Source: Candidatus Bathyarchaeia archaeon (GTDB lineage Archaea > Thermoproteota > Bathyarchaeia > Bathyarchaeales > Bathycorpusculaceae). Taken from it: a DNA stretch of 64,000 bases. This document shows positions 28,231-38,364 of the stretch, piece by piece. The number at the start of each line of letters is the position of its first letter. The stretch's first letter is position 1. The stretch is taken from positions 1 to 64,000 of the forward strand of contig JBEKSS010000009.1 in assembly GCA_049516875.1 (NCBI GenBank), written 5' to 3'. The notes below the pieces were generated by a model. It searched no databases and was not told the DNA's origin. It saw only the letters and a program-made list of their open reading frames with translations. The position numbers were made by a program, and so were the translations under genes.

Positions 28231-29799
28231 ATGTCAGCTTCGCTTGTGATACTGAACGCCAACATAATCACACTAAACCCTAAACAGCCAAAAGCCACGG
28301 CAGTAGCCATTCACAACAGCCGAATAGTCGCCGTAGGCTCCAACGCCGAAATCCGCAAACACATAGCCAAAAGCACAAAGATCATGGACGCCAACAACAA
28401 GACCGTCGTCCCAGGCCTCGTCGACTGCCACGTCCACATGACAGAATTCGGCTTCTTCCTCCAAACCCCCGACCTGAGAAACACACGGTCCATAAAAGAA
28501 ATGCAACAGAAACTCCGGGAACAAGCCTCCAAAACTGGCGGAGAAGGCTGGATTCAGGGAGGAAGATGGGATCAAGAAAAATTCGGCGAAAAGCGGTATC
28601 CAACCCGCTGGGACCTGGACGCTGCGGTATCGGACAGACCTGTTTTCTTGGTCCGCGTCTGCGGCCACATCGGCGTCGCGAACACCGAAGCCCTCCGACT
28701 GGCGGGCATAACGAAGGAAACCGTCGTCGAGGGTGGAAAGATAGACTTGGATGAAGTCTCCGGCCAGCCGTGCGGAATCATAAGGGGGAACGCCATGCGT
28801 CTCATCTGGAAAGTCGTTCCCAAACCAAGTTCAGAAGTTCTGGAAGAAGTCTGCCTCCTGACGTGTAAGAAGGCAGTGGAAGCTGGACTCACCGGTGTTC
28901 ATTGGCTAGTAGAGACCACAGATGAGATTCGGGCAATAAAGAAGCTCGATTCCGAGGGAAAACTGCCTATAAGAGCCTATCTGGGCGTTCCATTGAAGCT
29001 CATAGACAGGCTTGCCAACCTCGGCCTTTCAACCGCAGCCATGGACAGCATGGTCAGAATGGGTTTTGTCAAGCTCTTCGCCGACGGCTCTCTCGGCTCC
29101 CGAACCGCAGCCTTGAAAGAACCATACTCCGACGAGCCTGAGTCAACTGGGCTACTGCTTCATTCGAAGAAGCTGTGCCAGCTTGTCCTAGAAGCCCACA
29201 AGACCGGGTTTCAAGTGGGCGTGCACGCCATAGGCGACCGCGGCATCGAAAACGTTCTAGACGCTTACGAAGAGGCCTTAAAGCGGTATCCAATGGAGGA
29301 TCACAGACACAGAATCGAACACTGCTCCGTCCTCAACCCCCAACTCATCAGACGCATGAAAAAGCTGCGCCTCATCGCCTCCGTCCAGCCACACTTCGTA
29401 GTATCTGATCCCTGGATCGTCGACCGCGTGGGCAGAAAACGCGCTCGCTGGGTCTACCCCTTCAAAACGCTCGTGAAGAAGGGCGTGGTCGTCGCTTCCG
29501 GCTCCGACTGCCCCATCGAGGACATCAGCCCCCTACTCGGCATCTGGGCAGCCGCAGCGAAAAGAAGTCCAGACGAAAGCCTCACCGTGAAGGAGGCTCT
29601 GAAGAGCTACACACTGAACGCGGCCTACGCCAGTTTCGACGAAGACAAAAAGGGAACGATTGAAGTCGGAAAGCTGGCGGATTTCACGGTTCTGTCGGAC
29701 GATTTGTTCAACATTGAACCAAACGTGATCAACAAAGTTGTCGTGGAGATGACCGTCGTTAACGGAAAGGTGGTTTATGCTCGTGAAGACTCTTTCTAG
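28231..29799 (+). CDS. Amidohydrolase family 3 (YtcJ-like)
   Basis: PGLVDCHVH, KLFADGSLGSRTA, HAIGD, RIEHC, GSDCP, GKLADF. Confidence 0.92.
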   Translation: MSASLVILNANIITLNPKQPKATAVAIHNSRIVAVGSNAEIRKHIAKSTKIMDANNKTVVPGLVDCHVHMTEFGFFLQTPDLRNTRSIKEMQQKLREQASKTGGEGWIQGGRWDQEKFGEKRYPTRWDLDAAVSDRPVFLVRVCGHIGVANTEALRLAGITKETVVEGGKIDLDEVSGQPCGIIRGNAMRLIWKVVPKPSSEVLEEVCLLTCKKAVEAGLTGVHWLVETTDEIRAIKKLDSEGKLPIRAYLGVPLKLIDRLANLGLSTAAMDSMVRMGFVKLFADGSLGSRTAALKEPYSDEPESTGLLLHSKKLCQLVLEAHKTGFQVGVHAIGDRGIENVLDAYEEALKRYPMEDHRHRIEHCSVLNPQLIRRMKKLRLIASVQPHFVVSDPWIVDRVGRKRARWVYPFKTLVKKGVVVASGSDCPIEDISPLLGIWAAAAKRSPDESLTVKEALKSYTLNAAYASFDEDKKGTIEVGKLADFTVLSDDLFNIEPNVINKVVVEMTVVNGKVVYAREDSF

Positions 29800-29825
29800 C
29801 GCGCGCCAAAAGAAGAAGCCTTTTT

Positions 29826-30053
29826 CTATCCTTCATGCGCGATCATCGTCAGTGTCTGTCTAACTCTCTCCAATTTCCTTATCTTGTCATGTATTTCCTT
29901 AAGCTTGTCCATAGTATCCGCTCTTGTTCTTACAATGATGTCATAGACGCCGTAGAGAGGATAAGCTTCTTCAACTCCCTTAATCTCCTTCAATGTTTTC
30001 ATCAACTGTGGGTGATATTCTTCTGAATTTATCAACAAATATGCCATAGGCAT
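29826..30053 (-). CDS. Lrp/AsnC ligand-binding-domain-only protein
   Basis: AYLLIN..GVEEAYPLYGVYDIIVR..IRKL..V..TLTMI. Confidence 0.85.
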   Translation of the reverse strand: MPMAYLLINSEEYHPQLMKTLKEIKGVEEAYPLYGVYDIIVRTRADTMDKLKEIHDKIRKLERVRQTLTMIAHEG

Positions 30054-30529
30054 CCAAATCACCTTTTACTCTTTTCTGAACACTTGGCTTTTAGCTTTTG
30101 GGCGCGTGTTAGCTAAAAAGCTTCTAAGACTAGCCAGCCGTCTCTGCACGCGCGGGAACGCCTCCCAGCTGCCTCTTTGTTCTCTGCAAATCTCCTCTTC
30201 CGAAGCTCTCCCGCTCTAAAGCCCTTTGGAAACCTCAGCCAAGGGAACGCTCGCTCACCTCCTCGTCTCCACAGATACACGCCAACGAGACGATGACCGG
30301 AATGAAAAAGACGCGCGACAGACACGAATTTGTTCAGTTTCAACAAGATTCAAGTTTGATTTCGGGATACTGTTTAACTAGTTGTTCTACATCATCATGG
30401 TAAATGACCTAAGTAATTAGGCTCAAAGCAACAAGGAGAAACGGGGAAATGAAGAACAAGCGAAGGTTTAATCAAGAGTCCAAAAAAACCGAGCTCCCAA
30501 AGAAATACAGGAAGAACAAAAAGTAGTCG

Positions 30530-30647
30530 GATACGCCAGTGCTCCGACGACCCGTTCCTTATTGAGCCACACGTGATCAAGAAAGTCGTTGTTGAGATGA
30601 CCATCGTCGATGAAGAAACGGTATACGCCCGTGAAATCTCTTACTAA
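30530..30647 (+). pseudogene. Diverged duplicate of the amidohydrolase 3' end
   Basis: SDDPFLIEPHVIKKVVVEMTIVDEETVYAREISY* versus SDDLFNIEPNVINKVVVEMTVVNGKVVYAREDSF* (29695-29799), colinear and the same length. Confidence 0.85.
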
Positions 30648-30881
30648 TTCGCGCGCAAAGCAACATGTCACACTTTCCTATTCTTTCAGCCCAGGCCAAA
30701 AGTTTTCCAAATTCTAAAATAGTTATAAAAGGGTTTTGTAGAACGATTTTTTATTAGGCGCGCTCAGTGCGCGCGCCCTCTAATGTGGCAAAAGCACTCT
30801 TAACTGATTTTTGAATAGCATGCGCTCTCGTTTGAAATTTTCCCAACGAAGGTTTGCAGTATTCTTGCGGTTCGGATACAC

Positions 30882-33293
30882 TCAAGTTTGGGCGCACAGG
30901 TACTTTGAGAAGAGGGAATCAATTACTTCAATTCCGTCGGTCAATTCTCTTGATGTCACTTCCCTTCGTGGTGGTTCGTGGCAGCTAGCATCACAGACAT
31001 TTAGCACAGACTTGATTTCTCCAATTTCCTTAAGGGTCATCAACTTTGCAGTTTCAATTTTGTCGAGTCGTTCATCCAGACTCAACTCGTAGACTTTAGC
31101 GTGACCCCTTTTTCCTATGTGTATTAGCACATCTGCTGTGAAACGTTCAATTGCTTTTCTGAGGTTGTTTCCAGATGTTGCTCTTTCCTCAGTGTTGCCG
31201 CCGCAATACTCTTTGGCATTGGCAATGTACGTTTGAAATGGTGCCTGCTTCAAATCGATCCTTGGGCCTTCCTTTGAATCTCCCGAGAATTCATAAAATA
31301 GATAATCTTGTCCATAAAACAGGTCAGTGAAGTCTTGGCAGAATCTGGCGTTGTGGCTTAGTACGATGACCTGTTTTTTCATGTGAACTTCATCAATTAT
31401 CCTTATGAGATTCTTAGCATGGTCTTCATCCATAGATTGAACTGGATCATCAAGGATGACGAAGTCCCAATATGGATTATTCAAGACTCGTTGCGAAAAG
31501 TATATGCTAAGACACAAGCAATTCATGTGGGATTCGCTGAAACAACTGACTGGGTTCATGTTTTTTCCGTAGGAAATTGCTTTGAGTTGCATTCTACGGC
31601 TCTTGCCTTTTGTCGGGGCAATTTCTGAGAACTGCGTCTTTTCTCTTGGATTCAATTTCATATAGAAGTTTCTGATTTTCTCGTTAAGGTCGGTGAGTAA
31701 CTGCTTTGACTTTTCTTTCTCAAATTCCTCGATTTTCCCTATCAAGGCCGAGACAGTGTCCAAATTGCTTTCATAGATGCCGACATATTTGATGTCTTGT
31801 AAATGGCCAAGCATCTTTCGGAACAGCATTGCCTTGTTCAGTTCTGCTTTTTCTTCAGCGGACAAGCTCGGCGCTTTGGATATTAGTGACGCGCATAACA
31901 ACTGCGTATCATCTCGCAGTCCAGTCAAAACAGTTTCAATGGTACTTACTGACACTTCAACTTCAGCGAGATTATGTTCGGTTTTCCTTTCGTCAAATTT
32001 GGTTCTTCCTTCTGAAATGCTCTTAGCATAGTCAACCAGAGCGGTCAACATGGCCTTCACCGCAGAGCCTGCCTCGTTTAGTTCGTCTATTTGCTTTTCA
32101 AGGGAATCTATTCTATTAACTTCGTTTGAATACTCAGCATTACATTGAATTCTTTCTCTGATTTTCTCGAGGGCAATTATATTGACAGACAATAAAATTT
32201 TTGCGCAATACTCCTCGATTGATTGCCGTCCTTTCCCTATTGTGGAATTGATGCTTGAAAGCAGCGTTCCTGCTTGCTCATTTTCTTTGATACGGATATC
32301 TATTTGATGCCTCTTTTCGGCAGTCAGCGTTTCTTCTAGACAAAACGGGCATGTTGGCTCATGTATTAGATTCTTGCCGATTTCCAAAAATCTGTAGAGC
32401 TCGGCGTCAAAAGACCTGAATTGCTTCACCATTGAAAAAAGTTCTTTGACTTCTTCAGTCAGCCTCAAGAGATCCTTTACGACAGATGTTCCTGGAACCA
32501 TTAACCTACTCATGATTTCAAAGTCTTCGGACTTCTGCGCCAGCTTCTTTAGCTCCTCGTCAACGGTGTTGCCTAGTTCATCGACGGATTTGGTTGCCAG
32601 GGAGTAAGTTCCTGTGATTGCCTTAACCAAAAGATCTTCAAAAACCAAAGGACCGAATGGCCGTTTTTCCAGTATTGAGTGCAACTTATCGAGTTCAGCG
32701 AAGCCTTTAAGGTCGCTTTCTATTCCGTCGTAGACTTTCTTTGTAGATACATATAGACTCTCAGCTTTTTTGGAGCTTACAAGCTCTTGCAAGTCGGTAC
32801 GAAGTTCGCTCAAGATGCCCAAACCGAGTATCTTGCTGGTTTCCTCCCAACGATCTTTTGGATCAGTTTCAACATAATGTTTCACCTCGATTTGTGAAAG
32901 AACTGGTTTAAAGACATCAGCGAAACTTATTCCAAGGGAAGAAAAATCATCAACTTCCTTCCCATCGATATAATATTCCTTTTTTTCAGGACTAACCAAT
33001 TTCTTTTTCAGCTTTGTTTCCTTGCCGTGAATTTCAGCAAGAAGCTCTACATAGGTTTCTTCGTTTTTCTCACAGTGAAGATTGCGCAAGAAGTCTCCTG
33101 AGTATTCACTCTTGCACGCTGATTTCTTCTTTCGCGATATTTCATCAAAAAAGAGCCATTCAATAGCTTCAACTAGACTCGATTTTCCAGAGCCGTTCCT
33201 CCCCCTTACAAGAACTAGGTTTCTGTCTAGATTCATGGTTTGTTTGTCCTTGAACCCTCTGAACCCGCATACAGTTATGTCCTTAAGTCTCAC
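30882..33293 (-). CDS. SMC/Rad50-type ABC ATPase with zinc hook and HEPN-like C-terminus (RloC/AAA_13-like)
   Basis: GFRGF, Walker A GRNGSGKS, coiled coils with CPFC hook, FSESH signature, ILDDPVQSMD Walker B, LSHN; C-terminal NNLRKAIE...CH. Confidence 0.85.
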   Translation of the reverse strand: MRLKDITVCGFRGFKDKQTMNLDRNLVLVRGRNGSGKSSLVEAIEWLFFDEISRKKKSACKSEYSGDFLRNLHCEKNEETYVELLAEIHGKETKLKKKLVSPEKKEYYIDGKEVDDFSSLGISFADVFKPVLSQIEVKHYVETDPKDRWEETSKILGLGILSELRTDLQELVSSKKAESLYVSTKKVYDGIESDLKGFAELDKLHSILEKRPFGPLVFEDLLVKAITGTYSLATKSVDELGNTVDEELKKLAQKSEDFEIMSRLMVPGTSVVKDLLRLTEEVKELFSMVKQFRSFDAELYRFLEIGKNLIHEPTCPFCLEETLTAEKRHQIDIRIKENEQAGTLLSSINSTIGKGRQSIEEYCAKILLSVNIIALEKIRERIQCNAEYSNEVNRIDSLEKQIDELNEAGSAVKAMLTALVDYAKSISEGRTKFDERKTEHNLAEVEVSVSTIETVLTGLRDDTQLLCASLISKAPSLSAEEKAELNKAMLFRKMLGHLQDIKYVGIYESNLDTVSALIGKIEEFEKEKSKQLLTDLNEKIRNFYMKLNPREKTQFSEIAPTKGKSRRMQLKAISYGKNMNPVSCFSESHMNCLCLSIYFSQRVLNNPYWDFVILDDPVQSMDEDHAKNLIRIIDEVHMKKQVIVLSHNARFCQDFTDLFYGQDYLFYEFSGDSKEGPRIDLKQAPFQTYIANAKEYCGGNTEERATSGNNLRKAIERFTADVLIHIGKRGHAKVYELSLDERLDKIETAKLMTLKEIGEIKSVLNVCDASCHEPPRREVTSRELTDGIEVIDSLFSKYLCAQT

Positions 33294-33432
33294 TCAAATC
33301 AGCCTTCACAAGTTCATCAAAACTTTCAGAAAGTCCACTTGCTCTCTTTCTCGTGTATGAATGAACATATCTCTTGTGCGTTGGGCTTTTCAGGTTCTTT
33401 GATAGTTCTTCTAGAAGAGTTTCTTCGCCCAT
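33283..33432 (-). CDS. 49-aa ORF coupled to the ATPase (not in the ORF track)
   Basis: MGEETLLEELSKNLKSPTHKRYVHSYTRKRASGLSESFDELVKADLSET*; overlaps the ATPase GTG start. Confidence 0.55.
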   Translation of the reverse strand: MGEETLLEELSKNLKSPTHKRYVHSYTRKRASGLSESFDELVKADLSET

Positions 33433-33438
33433 ATCTCA

Positions 33439-34225
33439 CTATATCCGCAATAATGTCTTATTACATTTTTCCATCCCGATGAATAACTTGCCGAGTTGCA
33501 CGGCGAAGGCGACGGATCCCATTCCTGCCCGCACGCTAAGTTGAACGAAAAGCTGTGTCAGCATAGTCTTCGTATTGTGTTTAACTATTCTCATGTATTC
33601 ATCGTACTGCCGGTTCTCTTTATTACCCAGATGCAGATCAATGGTCTTAGCATACAGTTTTACGGTAGTAGGTTTGTCTTCGATTAGGTTTCTTAGGAGG
33701 GTTAGAGGGGTCGAGATTAATGTGCTTTCTTCAGATTTGGGGTAGACAAGAAGAACGATTTGCAGTTTGGCAATGCTAAACTGTAGGCTATTATTTGATA
33801 GTAGTCGGCGTTTGATTTATCCCTCTTGTATTTGGCATCTATTATGAGTGGATATTCTTCGTTGACTGTCTTGACCACTATGTCAGGTATGATTCGTATT
33901 TTTCCTTCTTTTACAAGGGAATTGAAGCGAGATTGCTTTTCAATTTGATAGCCCTTAAAATCTGGGTCTTCGGTAACTATTTCTTGAATTATCTCCGTCA
34001 TGAAATCTTGGTATACCTTATTCATATTGACAATAAAATTAAACCCTCGTGATCGCCCCTTATGGACGCTACGGATGAATCTTTCCTCAAGAATTAATTT
34101 CGAAAGCTTGATTATTTCTTCATAATTTTGGTTGAGTCGATTAAACTTGACCCGATCATGTTGGTTCTCCATAATCAAATAGCGTATTGGCATCGAACTG
34201 TTTGCTTCCTGAGAAGTAAACAAAA
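33439..34225 (-). pseudogene. McrC-like PD-(D/E)XK nuclease, 5'-truncated and frameshifted
   Basis: FNRLNQNY, NMNKVYQDF, PDIVV..IIDAKYK..ADYYQIIAY; LLVYP continues in another frame near 33750; no McrB in the window. Confidence 0.8.
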
Positions 34226-34452
34226 AGTCCCTCAATTTCACTCATCAAAGGGGCATAGATTTTCTCCACATTCTCCAAGTTCCAGTCTCTTACATTGGTA
34301 AGAACTGCTAGGAGAAAAGACGGCAAGAATCCTGCAACGATGCCAATAGTTAGACCTTCGATGGTCTGATTCCATTCAGTTGAGGCCGCCAGTATTAATG
34401 ATATCACAAGGAGCGAGCCCCACAAACCGACAACTTTCCAAAGATAACCCAA
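34156..34452 (-). CDS. Small 2-TM protein or fragment abutting the McrC remnant
   Basis: GAGG upstream of TTG; two hydrophobic helices; 3' end runs into the McrC frame. Confidence 0.5.
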   Translation of the reverse strand: MGYLWKVVGLWGSLLVISLILAASTEWNQTIEGLTIGIVAGFLPSFLLAVLTNVRDWNLENVEKIYAPLMSEIEGLFVYFSGSKQFDANTLFDYGEPT

Positions 34453-34652
34453 ACACGACCCTCAATAAAGAGAGCTTTATTCTGGTTACTTTAAGTTTTA
34501 GTGCCAGAAGGTGTGTTGCTGGCCAAGGTGATTATAGATGAGTTGACTCAGAGCCAAGTGCTTCCTCCCGTTAGTTAGTCTTCGTCCCATTCCGGGTGCG
34601 TTGTCAATGTTAGGAAACGTTATAATTCAATCAAGCGGTAGGTAATCACAGG

Positions 34653-35747
34653 ATGTCAAGAACAAAACGTGTGCTTGCCAAGCTAATAGTAGTTGCGGTC
34701 GTAGGTCTTGCAATTTTTCTGCTTTCTTACTTTGCAGGTTTTGGACTGTTAATTTCCATCACGATAAGTTCGTTGTCATTTCCTTTTGTTCTTGCTGCGC
34801 TTTTCCCGAGCAAGGCCTTCAATTTCTTTGAAAGGCATCTCCAGGCCATATCTATAGCATTTATTATTGCGCTACCTGGTGTGTTGACAGTTCTCCTCGG
34901 GGGCTTTCTGGGAGTATTATTACTCTACTACGTTCCTATTCTATTCATATTAGCTGCGCCGCTCCTCGCCTTGATATTGACCGAAGTGGGCGTCATACTG
35001 ATCTACCGGGTGATGATTCACGAGGTCGTTAAGGAGGAAAGATGCCCAGTATTTATCCTTCGGACGCGAAAAATGCTCAATAGGATCGCAATTTGTATAT
35101 TTGCTGCGTTCCTCTCGCTTCCATTTCTAATCTATCTCCTTGGCTACCTTGGCGTGAAACAACCAATACTCCCTCTCTTGTACCTCTACGCTTTTGTCTT
35201 TTGGTCCTATTTCTTTCTCTTGCCGATCTCGTTAGGCATAGTCAACAATTATAAGCAGGTCAAACTGGGCCTGAGAGCCGCAATCGGGGGTTTTGAAAAA
35301 CTCACCCAGTATTCAACGCCTGTTGAGAAAAGCAAAACCCTGTCTGATTTGGTGTGGTTAATGGACAGTCTGCGTGTCTACAGCAAGCTTATGTCTTCTC
35401 AACCTAATCGTCCAGTCTTAACGAACGTAAAAGTATATTACGACGCAGCCGTCGTAGCGGTTCTGAGTGGCACGCGAAAAGACCAAAGAAGAACATTGGA
35501 AGCTCTGAAGGACATGCTTGAGGCATTAGGAAAGAAAAAAAGCGAAGTCAACTTCAAGGAATTTTTGTTCGCCCTTATTCGGATGACAAAAACTGAACGC
35601 GTGACATCGAACGATGTTGAAGCAGCGACGAAGACTGAATCCAGGACTGAATGGATAAAAGAGCGTTCCAAATCTATCGTAAAATACGTGGTCCCAGTCG
35701 TTAGCGTGGTTGTGCAGATTCTCGCCGCTTTATGGGCTAAAGGATGA
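34653..35747 (+). CDS. Multi-pass membrane protein
   Basis: About 6 N-terminal TM helices, soluble domain, C-terminal TM. Confidence 0.8.
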   Translation: MSRTKRVLAKLIVVAVVGLAIFLLSYFAGFGLLISITISSLSFPFVLAALFPSKAFNFFERHLQAISIAFIIALPGVLTVLLGGFLGVLLLYYVPILFILAAPLLALILTEVGVILIYRVMIHEVVKEERCPVFILRTRKMLNRIAICIFAAFLSLPFLIYLLGYLGVKQPILPLLYLYAFVFWSYFFLLPISLGIVNNYKQVKLGLRAAIGGFEKLTQYSTPVEKSKTLSDLVWLMDSLRVYSKLMSSQPNRPVLTNVKVYYDAAVVAVLSGTRKDQRRTLEALKDMLEALGKKKSEVNFKEFLFALIRMTKTERVTSNDVEAATKTESRTEWIKERSKSIVKYVVPVVSVVVQILAALWAKG

Positions 35748-35874
35748 GTGCAATCCCCTTGCAAGCTATGAGGAGCGCTTTTCGCAGAAAGGACAAGGTT
35801 ATGGTTCAATTTGCGAACGAAGTGAGTGCGCGCGTTGCAAAGTAACTTTGTCACATACCGTCTTGCAACGAGAA

Positions 35875-37691
35875 CTATGGTCTTTGGTTCGAATCATGGT
35901 CGGGATACTTAGGCACAGTCAGCTTTTGTTTCACACACTTAGGAATTTCGAGTTCTTTTATTAATAGCCACGGAACTCTTACCTGCCGCTGTTTGATATT
36001 GATGTCTAAGATGCCAGAGTCCTGACCGGAGTTTTCTATTCTGAAATCTTGGCTTGAAACCATTTCTTTTAGTTCAAGGAACGAGATTAATGTGGTTCCC
36101 ATGAGCTCTTCGAATTGTATTGCGATATTCGTGACGAGAAATGGAAGGATGAAAACTGGTTTTGTTTTGTCAACCCCAAGTGCAGTGCCTAAGTCCTTTC
36201 CGACATAACTTTCGAATCTGCTTGGATTGTTCTTTATCCACATTGCTCTGTAAAAATGCTCAAGACAGAATCGTCTAAAATGTTTGAGTTTGTGGCGGTC
36301 GAGTGCTTTGTCTTTTATCTCTTTACACTCAATGACGAGCAAGCAGTTGTTTTTGCTTGATATTACGTCTATATCTGTTTTTTTCTTCTGTTCTCCCCAT
36401 AGACCATGAGCAACTTCAAGCGGGATTGTTGGTTCGTTAATCTCAACTCTGTTTGGAATCGTGTGCAGTCCTTGCTCTATCATAACACGCCTACATGCTT
36501 GCTCAAAGGCATCACCTTTGAAATCATTATTCAGTAATTCTCCAAAACATTCTTCTAGTAAAATCCGTCTCGAACCAGTAAGCCTTCTGAAACTCGTGAA
36601 TATGTAGTCATCGACTGCAATGAAACCGAGAAATGAACTTTTGAACTTTCCTTTGAGGAGCTGAATTGTTTTTGTAATATTAGCGAGGCCAAAGCAACCA
36701 AGTTCCCTCTCTCTAATGAGTTCGGAGTATTTCCAAATTCCTATCGTATGGATGTTTTGTAGCACAGATATGTAATTTCCGAGGTTATTTCAAAAAAAAT
36801 CTGAAAGTCAATTCCGAAGGATTGCTTGAATGTGTAAGAATAATTCTTGATGGAACTGTAAGACTTGTAGATCTCTTTGTCTTCTCTTCTCAAGATCTCC
36901 AAATTTTCTTTACCCTTACCCATATCGACTATTTTGAAATTCTCGGCTGCAGTTTCTCTGAAAAATGAGTTCCAATCAAAGACTGTTGCACTATTCTCTA
37001 TTATCCTTGGCGTAATACCTTCTCTTTCAAGTATCGATTCCACGGCACTCCCATCAGGCAGAGTGATCTTTCTCAAACCAGTTGTATCATCAAATTCAAC
37101 TGTAGTTCCCTCAGGTGCCCCACGGAGCATTGTTTCCAAGAGGCCCTGTTTGTAACAAAGATCTCTTAGTTCGAGAATTGCTTTCATTCTCTTTTCAACA
37201 GACTTGTGTTCGCCTCCTTTGATGACGATGAAAAACCATCCTGGAATTCGATTTAAGAAATAGCGGGGTTTTTTAATCACCCAATCTTTTTCACCGATTT
37301 CTCCTTCCTTACCTAGGCCTATTAGGTAATCATCGACATTTTGTTGGAGGGTGATTCCGAACATAAATTGGGGAAGTTGACGAATTTTCAGTGGTACGAA
37401 GGAATCGTTTTTGATAACAGTGTTAAGAATAGTGTTTACTACGTTGTACCATTCGGCCATGAACTGAAACATTGAAAGAACAAAATCTTCATGTTCCTCT
37501 TTTTCTAAACCATTCGTCAGGTTGAACTTGAGGAACTTTATCTCCAAATTGTTAATTGCATCTTCGAGGCAGAGCAATAGCAGTATTGTGTCAATATGAT
37601 TGTTTTTTGAATACTCCGCTTTGAGTTGGTTATTGACTTTTTCTAGCTGTCTACCTGCCTCAGCCTTGTTCGATGCCTTAAAATTGCTCAA
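35875..37691 (-). CDS. Large protein with C-terminal PD-(D/E)XK (NERD-like) nuclease domain, split by a frameshift near 36757
   Basis: GDAFEQ, TDIDVI..LLVIECKE; ORFs 36741..37691 and 35875..36765 join at TAC AAA(A) CATC. Confidence 0.75.
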
Positions 37692-38364
37692 CTTGACTTC
37701 TCTCTTTGAGCTTAATGTGAAGGTCAGTCATGCTAAAAGCTTCTGGTGAATCGCAATTAGCGTGCGACAATGCTGAAACACCTTAAGTTCCAGAATTCAT
37801 TATCCTAATCAATTCTTCAGCGCGCTGCCTTAGGCGTCTTGCTTTCGTCAGCAATATCCGTTTGTTGCTCCAGACAGAACAAGCACAAAAGAAGCACCAT
37901 ACAGTCACGACACCAAACACTAGAGTAGCGCGCGTGCTGTGAGAATAAAATACTTTTGGTTCACGTTGCAAAAACTTGGCGTTAACGCGCGTTAACGCAT
38001 TCTCGCGAATAGTTCATTGTGCTAACGCGAAAAGGAGCTTAATTCGCAAAGAACTGGTCACAAAAACAGAGTGTCACAAAAACTCAAAAAAGCATGTTGC
38101 GTCAATTGTCTTTTTGTGAATTCCTAGAAAAAATGAATTGTTACGAATTGTTACAGCAAAATTGTTACAAAAGCATGGACTTTCACGTTAATCCTCGTTT
38201 AGCGCGCTCGAACTTCGATGATGGATGTGTCCTTCGGGTTCTCGCTGTCATGGCCAACATGCGCATGATTGGATTAGGGATAGAATTGGGTCAGATTCTG
38301 AGAAACGGTTTAATATTCCATTCTTCTTGGGAAGAGACTGCAACCATGGAAAGGAGGATTGTAA

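Noticed and set aside
30113-30346. Possible toxin/PIN remnant
   Set aside because: No motif I can support; probably decayed sequence.
38210-38275. Possible third integrase remnant (IMRML.H..) on the minus strand
   Set aside because: Too short and needs a frameshift; could be chance.
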